Source: Bdellovibrionales bacterium RIFOXYD12_FULL_39_22 (GTDB taxonomy: Bacteria > Bdellovibrionota > Bacteriovoracia > Bacteriovoracales > Bacteriovoracaceae). From it: a DNA stretch of 20,000 nt. The notes under the pieces are model-generated. The model had not been told where the DNA came from. It was given only the letters and a program-made list of their open reading frames with translations, and made no database searches. Below, in pieces: positions 8,313 to 17,734 of the stretch (position 1 is its first letter; each line of letters opens with the position of its first letter). Where the stretch lies: NCBI GenBank assembly GCA_001770205.1, contig MEQL01000060.1:51989-71988 (forward strand). Reading direction: 5' to 3'. The position numbers and the translations under genes were made by a program.

Positions 8313-8699
8313 ATGTTAAAAATTAGTCGTTACCAAGACATTAGTTTAATCGAAAATGAGGCCAAAAAAGATTATGTGGATCGCCACTCTCCTTTTGTTC
8401 ACTGTAAAACCAGTGCTAAGGCCGGTGAGAAATTTGAAATTAAAGTGAGAATGGGAAAAGATTATGAACATCCTGATGATTTCGATCACTACATCAGCAA
8501 CATTTCCATTTTTGATAAAGACAAAAAGCTTGCAGAAGCAACTTTTTATGCGGGGGCCCTGGGTGGACAAGGAAAAAAAGGACATCAAGAAGTAACTTTT
8601 TATGTATTGCTAGAAAAAGATGCGACCATTACCGCCCAAAGCTACTGCACCAAGCATGGCCTCTGGGAGAGTGATCCAATTAAGGTTTCCGTCTCTTAA
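8313..8699 (+). CDS. Superoxide reductase / neelaredoxin-like protein (class II SORL domain)
   Basis: Fe-ligand pattern DRHSP...HPDDFDHYI...YCTKHGLW (4 His plus Cys), no desulforedoxin domain. AGGAGGT RBS, 15 nt after ahpC. Confidence 0.85.
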   Translation: MLKISRYQDISLIENEAKKDYVDRHSPFVHCKTSAKAGEKFEIKVRMGKDYEHPDDFDHYISNISIFDKDKKLAEATFYAGALGGQGKKGHQEVTFYVLLEKDATITAQSYCTKHGLWESDPIKVSVS

Positions 8700-8735
8700 A
8701 TTTTATCGATCACCACACACATAAAACGCTCTAAA

Positions 8736-8779
8736 ACAGAGATGCCTTCTTGTTTTTAAGGAACGGATGGCATCTCTGT
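8736..8779. terminator. Stem-loop between convergent genes (probable terminator)
   Basis: Perfect 11-bp inverted repeat ACAGAGATGCC (8736-8746) / GGCATCTCTGT (8769-8779). On the minus strand it is followed by TTT. Confidence 0.55.
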
Positions 8780-8914
8780 GGCCGGAGCACGATCAGATGA
8801 TTGCTCTAGTTTGCTTGCGACATCGGTTCCTCCATTCCAGGAGTGGTAAGCAAAAAACATCACTGCCATCAGCGGAATAAAAACAAAAGCAAAAGCGTAA
8901 ATTAATTTTTTCAT
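8756..8914 (-). CDS. Small (52 aa) membrane-anchored or secreted protein
   Basis: AAGGAG-N6-ATG, then MKKLIYAFAFVFIPLMAVMFFAYHSWNGGTDVASKLEQSSDRAPATEMPSVP*. Basic N-terminus plus hydrophobic helix. Below the ORF-track cutoff. Confidence 0.75.
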   Translation of the reverse strand: MKKLIYAFAFVFIPLMAVMFFAYHSWNGGTDVASKLEQSSDRAPATEMPSVP

Positions 8915-8930
8915 ATATTACTCCTTAAGG

Positions 8931-8963
8931 TAAAAGTTTGGCCGACCAAATTATCGGCCAAAC
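8931..8963 (-). terminator. Intrinsic terminator-like hairpin that also contains a sigma28 -10 element
   Basis: GTTTGGCCGA-N8-TCGGCCAAAC (8936-8963) followed by TTTT on the minus strand. 8951-8958 reads GCCGATAA on the minus strand. Confidence 0.6.
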
Positions 8964-9037
8964 GCATATAAATAAATTATACGATCTTTGCTAAGATAGT
9001 GCCTATCGTGAGAAATTTTTGCCTAGATTGTCTCTTT

Positions 9038-10387
9038 CTAGAAGACGATAGCGAGATTAGAGTAGATCAAATCATTGGATCTAAAAGAACTCCAATAGGA
9101 TTCATCCTGTGGTGAACGCAATAGTTCTGCCCCTAAGGCCAGTTGTAAATGTTTTGCGGGACGATAAATTATCTCATTTTTTAAAATAGTATCTTCCGTT
9201 TTTAGATCATATTTAAGATTTAATGAGGCCTTAAACTTATCATTTGCCTTATAACCCAGAAGCAGGCCCACCCCGCGTTTCCATTTGATAGCATCTCCAG
9301 CAAACAACTCTCCGGGGCCTTCATCGCTACTTTGAGAATATATGCCAAATAAATTAGTGGAGAATCTATCCCCGTTGTAACCGCTTTTAAGGTGAAAATA
9401 GCGGCGCTGTTTGTATTTTGGAACGATTTGAAAATAATCTGATTCAAAAGTGGGATGCACAGTGGCCAAACTTTCACCAAACACAGGAAATTCCTCTTTA
9501 AAATCCCCGTTAGGATCAACAATTTTATATCCGATTTCCACATCTATTTTAGAAATCTTCTGTGCGATATCTATGCCATAAATCATGTGATGGTTTACGG
9601 TGGGAGTAACCGTAACCTCCACCTGGTCTAGTTCTCTTGCCATATGGCCAACAACATGTTGTCGCCAAAAAGATTCTGGCTTATAGAGGGCGAATCCCGA
9701 AATCTCTCCGCTTTTCCAGCGATAAGAGGGCCGAATACCCAGTCCATTTTGATAGATGACTTCAGAGACTGCCGGGGTCTCCAATCTGTAATAAATTGGC
9801 ACTTGCGTATCGTAGTAAGTCATTTGCTTATCTGGTAGAGGCACCCAGCTCTGAGAAGAAGTTATCTTACCTTTTTTAAAAATATATCCCGGGTTTAAGG
9901 AGGGTAGATGCATTTTGGAAATATAAAGCTGAAGTCCGATATTTTTGCCCCAGTTTTTACTAAAAAATATTCCAAATTTTCCCTCTTGCCGATTATCCGT
10001 AGGGCCAAACTCACGCAAACCATTTACATCATTTAGCAGCCAAAATTGCTCTGTACTTTCATTCCAAGGAAGAATCCTTCTTCCAATTTCCAAAGAATAA
10101 GTTTTTCCGTAATGGCCAATATTGATTTCGGCAACTGAAAAAATTTCTCCCTGAGGTTCATATAAATGGCGAATATCACCAACCAAATTACTTCCAAATC
10201 GCCCCCAGCGGCCTTCCACGTCGAGTGAAAGTCCGTAGGCATCTGTCTTAATTTCTCCATTCCCAACTTTGGAATTAACATTCTGATTGGCCTGATAGTA
10301 GATATTGCTATCACTCTCCGCCTCTGCCCAAAGAGCAAAAGATAAAAGCACTGAGCTTGCTACTGTAACAACGAGTAATTGGAACAT
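9038..10387 (-). CDS. Hypothetical outer-membrane beta-barrel protein
   Basis: GAGGTG RBS, signal peptide, amphipathic beta-strands rich in aromatic residues and Gly, C-terminal YSNLAIVF. Confidence 0.7.
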   Translation of the reverse strand: MFQLLVVTVASSVLLSFALWAEAESDSNIYYQANQNVNSKVGNGEIKTDAYGLSLDVEGRWGRFGSNLVGDIRHLYEPQGEIFSVAEINIGHYGKTYSLEIGRRILPWNESTEQFWLLNDVNGLREFGPTDNRQEGKFGIFFSKNWGKNIGLQLYISKMHLPSLNPGYIFKKGKITSSQSWVPLPDKQMTYYDTQVPIYYRLETPAVSEVIYQNGLGIRPSYRWKSGEISGFALYKPESFWRQHVVGHMARELDQVEVTVTPTVNHHMIYGIDIAQKISKIDVEIGYKIVDPNGDFKEEFPVFGESLATVHPTFESDYFQIVPKYKQRRYFHLKSGYNGDRFSTNLFGIYSQSSDEGPGELFAGDAIKWKRGVGLLLGYKANDKFKASLNLKYDLKTEDTILKNEIIYRPAKHLQLALGAELLRSPQDESYWSSFRSNDLIYSNLAIVF

Positions 10388-10574
10388 ATCACCTCAAAAT
10401 AAAACAACAAGTTCGACCTAACCTATCTATCAGAAAATAAAAGAACAAGATGTTAGTTTCGTCAATGTAAAATATATATGGGCGCGGAATAATAAACTTA
10501 CAAAGGGCGATGTGACAACAATTCTTTGGCCGTCCCGTCAAGTATTGTCTTTTCTTCCACTATAAATTTAAAAG

Positions 10575-10602
10575 TTGCAATATTCATTGATTCTGGTATT
10601 TT
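10575..10602 (+). promoter_or_regulatory. Extended -10 sigma70-like promoter positioned for a leaderless transcript
   Basis: TTGCAA(10575-10580)-N16-TATTTT(10597-10602) with TG at 10594-10595, then 6 nt, then ATG 10609. No SD sequence. Confidence 0.45.
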
Positions 10603-10608
10603 AGAAAA

Positions 10609-12846
10609 ATGCGCCAATTCCAGCTTTATATAGTTACTATCTCATTATTGCTATTGATCTTAAGTAGTTGTGGTGATGATCCCAAAGACAATGCTAGTGC
10701 CAGTTTCGTTAAAGTTGACTGTACTCTTGATCCAGATGTTCTCGCTAAGATCCTAAAGGTTGACGCTAAGGCCCAACTAAAATGTTTAGAGAAAAATTTC
10801 AGCGCCTTTGAACGCTATGTTGAACGCGAAAATGATGATTACATCTCGCAAGATCAGCTAGGAAATTTTATCTTTAAATTTTTCCAAAAAAACAGCGCCA
10901 AAATCTTTTCTGCGATGAAGCTCTTCTTTAAGATCAATATGCTGGTGCTAAACGATCAATCAAATCGCATTTCTACCGAAAACATTCGAAAAATGACGGC
11001 CTTGCTAATAACTTCGAATCAAGAAGCGATAAAGCTTAGTAGTATTTTAAAAAATATCAATAACGCAAATTTTGATAAATCTCGCAATGAACTAAAAGAA
11101 TCACTTCATCGCTTCACTCGCCTAACTCTTGATGTTATCGATGCCGGAAATAGTGGCCGGGGTGCCGACAGCAACCTCAATATTAAAGACTTCTTAAAAG
11201 AACTCAACAGCATTGAGGGAGTCGACTTAGATTTGGAAACTATTAATGCTTTTCTCTTTTTGAAAAAATTGCTCGTAGGGGGCGATTCCGATGTCGTAAC
11301 CGGCCAAGAGTTAAAATCATTTATCCGCAAACTTCCCGACGTTGCTACTTTAGTTTTTGATATTTACTTTACCTCAATAAGGCCATTCCGCAACGATGCC
11401 GATTTATTCAAATTCTACGCTAACAAAATATCTGATTTGCAACATTTAATTTTTACTGGCAACCGGAACGATGTCTTATTCAATGTTGACGATTTGATAG
11501 TTATTTTACAAAAAATTCCCAATAACACTACCGAAATGGCCAAATTTAGAAACTCTCTGATGGTTTTTAAAAGCAAGTTTGTAGGAGGAGATCCTGCCGA
11601 CTACACCTTCGATGACTTCATCTTCATAATCTCCGATATAAAAGATCTATTTAAGATGGTCTACTTCAACTATATCACCTATTCCAATGCTGAAATTTCA
11701 ACCATCATGGATTTAGATGCTCCAATTCTCTCTCTTCCGCATCTTAATTTAGAAGAATATAGCTTTTTTACTCCGGGTGAAGTTAGAGCTTTACAGGAAA
11801 ATTTTCTGACAGTAGCGCAAAAAACGCGACTATTTAGAACGACCGAAGGATTGCAGTTTTTTACTCAAAATTACCATCGAACCAAGTATGGTTTCAATGA
11901 AGCATCTATCATTCGTTGGTTTGTCGGACGCCTACACAGCAGTTACGGAGAGCGTGGTGCTACTTCCCGAAATACCTACTACATCTCTCTACCAATCCTG
12001 CACAAATTTTTTAATGATTTTTCTCCCATCCTACAAGAGTTTGATCTTTGGCCGGCCAATCCGGAGGAGATTATCAAGTTTACTGAAAATACTTTAAATC
12101 TTACTGACCTCTTTCAAACCAATTCCAATGGCGATAGTCGTCTAGATGTTAACGAATCAACCGAATATGCTGCTTTGGTCATAACCGCTCTTAATGTTGG
12201 TGAACGTTTTCGTAAAACCATTTTAGATTTGAATCTTTGTGAAAATAGTGGTGAGAGTGCCGCCAAGCCGGCCTTTGATGTGGGATGCTTCAGACAGCAC
12301 TATTTTTCTATTTTGTTTGAAACTCTAAAATATAATGATTGGTTTGCCACTCTTTACGATTATTACAAAAATGCTTCTCCTGCAGATCGTATGATCTATT
12401 TAAAAAAGATTGAAATGTTTGCTAGAGATGACATCTCTCCTACCGCCAAAATTATGAATAAGGATATTGTAAAAATATTTGGTGCCATGCTCTGCCTAGA
12501 ATCAGCAACTATTCGTTTTGACCTTAATCGCTCCAACGTACTAGAGCCTAGCGAGGTAGATGCCTCTTTTGTTGTTTATGAAAATATTATTAATAAGCTT
12601 ATGGCCGAAGATAAAGAGGCCCAACCTTCTACCACTTCAGATGATGATAATAAGTATAGTCTATCTACCTTCAAATTTTTGTTGAAGTATATGCGCGCTC
12701 CAAATTCCACAATGGAATTTTTGCGTTTTCACTGGTTTCAAGACAAAAAAATATACGCTCGCCGATTAAATGTTGGCTCCCTACTATGCTATGTTGTTCG
12801 CGGAGATGAATGTAGCAAACCAATGTTAGATGAGGAAACTCCGTGA
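10609..12846 (+). CDS. Large alpha-helical lipoprotein with EF-hand-like loops
   Basis: Lipobox ILSS-C. 12-residue EF-like loops NSNGDSRLDVNE and DLNRSNVLEPSE. Internal K..[LF]VGGD repeat. Confidence 0.75.
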   Translation: MRQFQLYIVTISLLLLILSSCGDDPKDNASASFVKVDCTLDPDVLAKILKVDAKAQLKCLEKNFSAFERYVERENDDYISQDQLGNFIFKFFQKNSAKIFSAMKLFFKINMLVLNDQSNRISTENIRKMTALLITSNQEAIKLSSILKNINNANFDKSRNELKESLHRFTRLTLDVIDAGNSGRGADSNLNIKDFLKELNSIEGVDLDLETINAFLFLKKLLVGGDSDVVTGQELKSFIRKLPDVATLVFDIYFTSIRPFRNDADLFKFYANKISDLQHLIFTGNRNDVLFNVDDLIVILQKIPNNTTEMAKFRNSLMVFKSKFVGGDPADYTFDDFIFIISDIKDLFKMVYFNYITYSNAEISTIMDLDAPILSLPHLNLEEYSFFTPGEVRALQENFLTVAQKTRLFRTTEGLQFFTQNYHRTKYGFNEASIIRWFVGRLHSSYGERGATSRNTYYISLPILHKFFNDFSPILQEFDLWPANPEEIIKFTENTLNLTDLFQTNSNGDSRLDVNESTEYAALVITALNVGERFRKTILDLNLCENSGESAAKPAFDVGCFRQHYFSILFETLKYNDWFATLYDYYKNASPADRMIYLKKIEMFARDDISPTAKIMNKDIVKIFGAMLCLESATIRFDLNRSNVLEPSEVDASFVVYENIINKLMAEDKEAQPSTTSDDDNKYSLSTFKFLLKYMRAPNSTMEFLRFHWFQDKKIYARRLNVGSLLCYVVRGDECSKPMLDEETP

Positions 12847-13733
12847 TCTCTCTCAATAGTAAGGAAGTTAAAAGCAATCTTATTTCTAAACTACGCCAAG
12901 AGGTGGAATCATTATCCGGCAAACACCAAATAGTTCCAGGACTGGCGGTTGTTTTGGTAGGAGATGATCCCGCCTCTGCTGTTTATGTAAAAAACAAAAT
13001 TAAAACTTGCGCAGAACTAGGTATTAATTCAATACAAAAAATATTACCACACACCACTTCCCAAACAGAACTACTTGCAGTTATCGAGCAGTTAAATAGC
13101 AATCCCGAAATTCATGGAATACTATGCCAAATTCCACTACCTCGACACTTAAATGAAGAGGAGATCATTCACTCCATCACTCCGCTAAAAGATGTCGACT
13201 GCTTTCATCCCTTTAATCTGGGCCTACTAGTTTCAGGAACTCCTCGATACATTCCATGCACACCCTTTGGAATTTTACAAATTTTAAAATATAACCAAAT
13301 TGCTATTTCCGGAAAAAATGTAGTTATCTTGGGCCGTGGCCACACTGTTGGCCGCCCTCTATCCATTTTACTTTCGGCAAAAGGCCTTGATGCCACCGTC
13401 ACCCTATGTCACTCTAAATCAACGCAGGTGCAATCAATCTGTAAAAGCGCGGATATTTTAATTGCGGCCATTGGTATCCCCAAATTGGTCAATCGTGATT
13501 ACGTCAAAGCTGGCGCAACAGTTATCGATGTTGGTATTAATCGAATTAGCGATGGCACCGCTTCTGATAAAATGATCTTGGCCGGAGATGTAGATTTTGA
13601 TGACATCAAAGAAATTGCCTATGCGGCCACTCCTGTTCCCGGAGGAGTTGGACCTATGACAATAACAATGCTTATGGCCAACACCATCAATGCGGCCAGA
13701 ATTAACTCTGGCCTTCTGCCCATCACTTTTTAA
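12843..13733 (+). CDS. folD: Bifunctional methylenetetrahydrofolate dehydrogenase/cyclohydrolase
   Basis: PGLAVVLVGDDPAS.VYVKNK, KDVDCFHP, PCTP.G, VIDVGINR, TPVPGGVGPMT. The GTG start overlaps the upstream TGA (GTGA). Confidence 0.97.
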   Translation: MISLNSKEVKSNLISKLRQEVESLSGKHQIVPGLAVVLVGDDPASAVYVKNKIKTCAELGINSIQKILPHTTSQTELLAVIEQLNSNPEIHGILCQIPLPRHLNEEEIIHSITPLKDVDCFHPFNLGLLVSGTPRYIPCTPFGILQILKYNQIAISGKNVVILGRGHTVGRPLSILLSAKGLDATVTLCHSKSTQVQSICKSADILIAAIGIPKLVNRDYVKAGATVIDVGINRISDGTASDKMILAGDVDFDDIKEIAYAATPVPGGVGPMTITMLMANTINAARINSGLLPITF

Positions 13734-16700
13734 AAAAGTTTTTTAAAGAGTGCTAAGTCATAACCAGACAAGGCGGTACGATCTATTTCATTATAAAGCG
13801 CCTTCGCATTTTCTATCTCACCTTTATTGGCCAGCAGGAGCGCGTAATAGAGTTTAGACTGATTGACTAATATTTTTGTTTCAATATATTTGCGCAAAAG
13901 CAATGAACTATTCCAACTATCTCCGATGGCAAAGCGCATAATGGCCAAATAGAGGCCCTTTCTATTTTTATCTTCCAATCCGGAAATAAGATATTCGGCC
14001 CGTAAATAGTCAGCATGAGAAATAAGTTGCATAATGCGCTCATCAACACTTTTGCTCTTTTTTTCAATCTCCATAATGCTTTTAAAAGCACCCTCTACTT
14101 CTATCCTTCCCCCTATACATAATTTACCGGCACAGAAAGGTTTATCTACTTTCCTCATCATGGCAAAACTGCTCTCATACTGCTGGCACAAAGCGCTCTC
14201 TTCTTGCTTGGCCTGCGTCAACTCTACAATTTTTCCATCTATTTTCGACACAAATTCTGGCCATTGAGAAGAGGCAATGGGGGCCGCTTTAATCTGGGCC
14301 AAGGCCAAAATAGCGTTTTCGGTCTTTAGTGGTGCCTGGCAAATATAGCTAACTGCTAACTGTGGTTGCCATTCGATAATATGTGTCTGAATAATCTCTT
14401 TTACGGCCATCAACTCTTTTAAAACAGTGCCCACCTCTTCTACGCGCTTTTTTAAATGATCGGCCCGTTCTTGTTCAGAAAGTGTGCTGTCAGCTTGTAT
14501 CTCTTTTTTTTGTTTCTTGGAAAGCTCGAGTAATAACAAAGTCGCGGGCGTATCTTCTAATTTTACAAAATCGGCCATGCCTTCTTTATTGTAAATTTCC
14601 GCCCAAATTTCTCGTAGCAAAATATTATCTCGAAGTTTTGTTTCGTTATCTTTTAAATATTTAGTTACCCTTAAAAATGCCTTATCCTCTTGGTTATCTC
14701 GACCGCTCAAAAAGAAAATATCTCTTAAGAGCAAAATAATCTCGTTGGTCGGAGCATTTTCGGCCAAGTATGATAAAATTAGTTCTAATGATTTATCGTA
14801 TTGGGCAAAATTGAGATATATTTTTGTCAGAGTAATAACCGATTGAGGGGCAGACAAAATAGCGTTATTGACTTTTGCTAATTCTAAAAGGCCATCTTCG
14901 AATTGATTTCGCAGATAATAACTTGCATAGATAACAGAGTAATCCCAAATCATGTTGGACTTGATATTCACATCATCAGTATATTCTGAAGCAGCTCTTA
15001 AGTGATTAGCGTATTCCAGCATATCGTCTTGTTCTTTAAAAACAAAAGAGGCGGAGGCCATAATGTTATAAAGTAGCAAGCGTGAATCCATATCAGAAGC
15101 AATATCACCAACTACAAAATCCTTTTTAAAGTTGGCCAACTCTTCCATAAATTGTGCGGATAGTTTTTGCTCAGAAAGAAGCACTAGTGCATTATGCCAT
15201 GACTTAAGCGCAATCTCTCGATCAAGGCCAATTTGGTCCAATGGCCTCGTTGCTTTTTTATACCAGGTGACTGCTTCTTGCCCAAATTTTTTGTTCTCTG
15301 ACGCTTTGCCATCACTATTTTTATTGGCCTTAAGTTTTTCTTCTAACAAAAATGCATGTTGAAAAGCACTCTCATAAAAAATTTTAGAAAAGGTTAAATT
15401 ATGCTCATTACTTGTTTTAATTTTTAGATTAAAAATCCTTTCTACCAATCCATTTAAATCTGCCCATCCCTTATCTCGATATAGCCAACGATTTACTTCC
15501 ACAAATTGATTCCACGATTCTGCAGAATCTCCATATTTTTTAAAGTTTTGCACAACATAATCAAAGATCGTAAGACGGTCGCCCAATTTATATAGGGCCT
15601 CAAAATAGACAAATTCCGCCAAAACTCTTGCTTTGGTGTCATAAAAGTTTTCTACGTACCAAAGTGCTTCTTGCGAAATTCTTTTATACTCTGCTAGTTC
15701 AGTTTCTCCAATTTTTTCGATGATCGATAAATCATTATTGACGTCATTAATAATGCGCAAAACACTATCCGCGGCATCCAAATAGTTCTCATATTTTGGA
15801 ATTTTTGCCGCCCGCTTATACCAAGAAATGGCCTCCCATTTTTTTTGCAAGGCCTCTTTGCGTTGCGCACCAAAAAACCATACCTCGCCATGCACAGATT
15901 TTGGAAAATATTTATCATACACTGGGTATAAACTATCAACTGCTTTCCAATCCTTCGCATTATCTGATTTCACCGCCTCCTTATGCACCGTAAGTAAAAT
16001 ATTTCCCAGCTCACGAATAAATCCATCTGCATATTTTTCACTCTCCGATAATAACCCTAAATACTTATCCAAGTGACGAGAAATTTCTATTTTATTGGCC
16101 TGCCCTAACTCTGCTCGCGCCAATTGTAAAATCCAATATCCTTTTTTATTATTCTGCCCATGGCCATCCAAAAGACTTTTCCATCCAACCACCGCCTCGT
16201 TAAACTTTCCGCTATTTTGAAAAGCATCGGCAACATCACTTTGAAATAGAACAGAATCTTCGTCAGGAAGATTGAACATGGCAATCTCTTGAACTATTTT
16301 TTTATAATCTAGAAGGTCAATCATTACCACAATAAGGTCGTTGCGAATCTCTTTTTGAAGGCCGGAAGCTCTAAGCTTTTCTAAAACCAGAGGGTCGGCC
16401 ATGTCTAATTTTATATTGTGCAAGAATAGTCGCTCAAAGTGGCGAAGAGCATTCCATTTTTTTCCCAAATTAAAAAAACTCCAAGCGGCCTTATACACTC
16501 CATACACCGACTTGGTCTCCTGGCCCTCGGTGGCCAAATGACGATAATATTCAATCGCGTGATTAAAATCATTTTTATCAAAATAGTGATCACCTAACAA
16601 TTGATAGATGTCTGCTAAATATTCTCCTTGCGGAAAAAGTATCGGGTGATATTTCATCTTCTCAATGGCCAATTCAAATTTTTCTTGCTCCCATAGCAAA

Positions 16701-17707
16701 GAAAAAGCAAAAAACATTGCCTCTTCATCTAAATATGCCTTTTTATGGCCAATAGACTTATCCACCCAGGGCGAGATCCAGCTATAACCTTTATCTAAAT
16801 TGGCCGACCATTCTTTTTTAAATTTTAGCGGATCTTCCAATCGGTATACACTGGCCAAATGCCAATAAGTCTCTGCCGCTAAAAAAGAAATCTTCGCATC
16901 ACGTGCGGTAGGATCAATTGTCTCGACCTCCTTAATAATATTTTTTAATTTCTTCATTTTAAGTGAGGCCTTCCAATCATTGGCCTCGTAGAGGAATTGA
17001 TCAAAATATGCTTGCGCCACTACTTTTTTATGCAATTGATCCAACTCAAAGGAACGAGAAACATCATACCTAGAAGAAAACTTGATGGCCTTTTCATAGT
17101 CCATATTTTTTAACATATAAAAGTTTTGCAAAAGCTTAAACTCACTTTGCAAAGCGATTGTCATTTCCGACTGCAATTCCTTTTCAATTACTGTTATAAG
17201 TTTATTTCCTTCTACCAAATTTTTATCGTATAGATAGCTCCATCCTAGCTCCACAAAAGCAACAGGGGCAATAAAAGATGATGGTGGGATGCCTTGGTAA
17301 TAATAAATAGCGCGCTTATATTCACCTTCACTGTAGTAAGCACGGGCCAAAATAAGATATAGAGACTCTCGCCAAATTCGAAAAGAACGAATGTTATCAA
17401 TCGGTAAAGCATGCTTATCTTTTTCAAAAATTTGCTTGAGCTTAACTTCAAAATCTTTGCTTACCAAAAGTGTTTCTAACTCTTTTATGATCTCCTGCTT
17501 AGATTTATGATTCTCTTTTAAATTTTTAATTATAGTCAGCGGTATATATAACGGTTCATTGGGGGCAATGCTTGAAATAAGATCTTTTTCTGGGTTATTA
17601 ATCGCTTCAGCAATTTGATCAAAAAATTCACTTCCATAAACTTGGCAATTAAGCCCAACAATCAACATTGCCGAAAAAACATATTTTTTAAAAAATATAA
17701 ACTTCAT
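13730..17707 (-). CDS. Large exported TPR protein, Glt gliding-machinery-like
   Basis: 1325 aa with a signal peptide and many TPR-like helices (LARAYYSEGEYKRAIYYY, LGDHYFDKNDFNHAIEYY, YGVYKAAWSFFNLG). Its stop overlaps the convergent folD stop by 4 nt. Confidence 0.75.
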   Translation of the reverse strand: MKFIFFKKYVFSAMLIVGLNCQVYGSEFFDQIAEAINNPEKDLISSIAPNEPLYIPLTIIKNLKENHKSKQEIIKELETLLVSKDFEVKLKQIFEKDKHALPIDNIRSFRIWRESLYLILARAYYSEGEYKRAIYYYQGIPPSSFIAPVAFVELGWSYLYDKNLVEGNKLITVIEKELQSEMTIALQSEFKLLQNFYMLKNMDYEKAIKFSSRYDVSRSFELDQLHKKVVAQAYFDQFLYEANDWKASLKMKKLKNIIKEVETIDPTARDAKISFLAAETYWHLASVYRLEDPLKFKKEWSANLDKGYSWISPWVDKSIGHKKAYLDEEAMFFAFSLLWEQEKFELAIEKMKYHPILFPQGEYLADIYQLLGDHYFDKNDFNHAIEYYRHLATEGQETKSVYGVYKAAWSFFNLGKKWNALRHFERLFLHNIKLDMADPLVLEKLRASGLQKEIRNDLIVVMIDLLDYKKIVQEIAMFNLPDEDSVLFQSDVADAFQNSGKFNEAVVGWKSLLDGHGQNNKKGYWILQLARAELGQANKIEISRHLDKYLGLLSESEKYADGFIRELGNILLTVHKEAVKSDNAKDWKAVDSLYPVYDKYFPKSVHGEVWFFGAQRKEALQKKWEAISWYKRAAKIPKYENYLDAADSVLRIINDVNNDLSIIEKIGETELAEYKRISQEALWYVENFYDTKARVLAEFVYFEALYKLGDRLTIFDYVVQNFKKYGDSAESWNQFVEVNRWLYRDKGWADLNGLVERIFNLKIKTSNEHNLTFSKIFYESAFQHAFLLEEKLKANKNSDGKASENKKFGQEAVTWYKKATRPLDQIGLDREIALKSWHNALVLLSEQKLSAQFMEELANFKKDFVVGDIASDMDSRLLLYNIMASASFVFKEQDDMLEYANHLRAASEYTDDVNIKSNMIWDYSVIYASYYLRNQFEDGLLELAKVNNAILSAPQSVITLTKIYLNFAQYDKSLELILSYLAENAPTNEIILLLRDIFFLSGRDNQEDKAFLRVTKYLKDNETKLRDNILLREIWAEIYNKEGMADFVKLEDTPATLLLLELSKKQKKEIQADSTLSEQERADHLKKRVEEVGTVLKELMAVKEIIQTHIIEWQPQLAVSYICQAPLKTENAILALAQIKAAPIASSQWPEFVSKIDGKIVELTQAKQEESALCQQYESSFAMMRKVDKPFCAGKLCIGGRIEVEGAFKSIMEIEKKSKSVDERIMQLISHADYLRAEYLISGLEDKNRKGLYLAIMRFAIGDSWNSSLLLRKYIETKILVNQSKLYYALLLANKGEIENAKALYNEIDRTALSGYDLALFKKLF

Positions 17708-17734
17708 TTCGCCTTACTTGTAGTGAAATTTAAA

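Noticed and set aside
10495..10550. Minus-strand GGGACGGCCAAAG reminiscent of a c-di-GMP-I riboswitch
   Set aside because: It lacks the P1/P2 stems and the GNRA loop/receptor.
13730..13733. Overlapping stop codons of convergent folD and the TPR gene (similar overlap at 3254-3260)
   Set aside because: Common in compact genomes, with no evidence of function.
535..17451. Numerous 60-110 aa ORFs nested in or antisense to long genes
   Set aside because: They have no motifs or RBS and are fully explained as alternative-frame shadows of well-supported CDSs.
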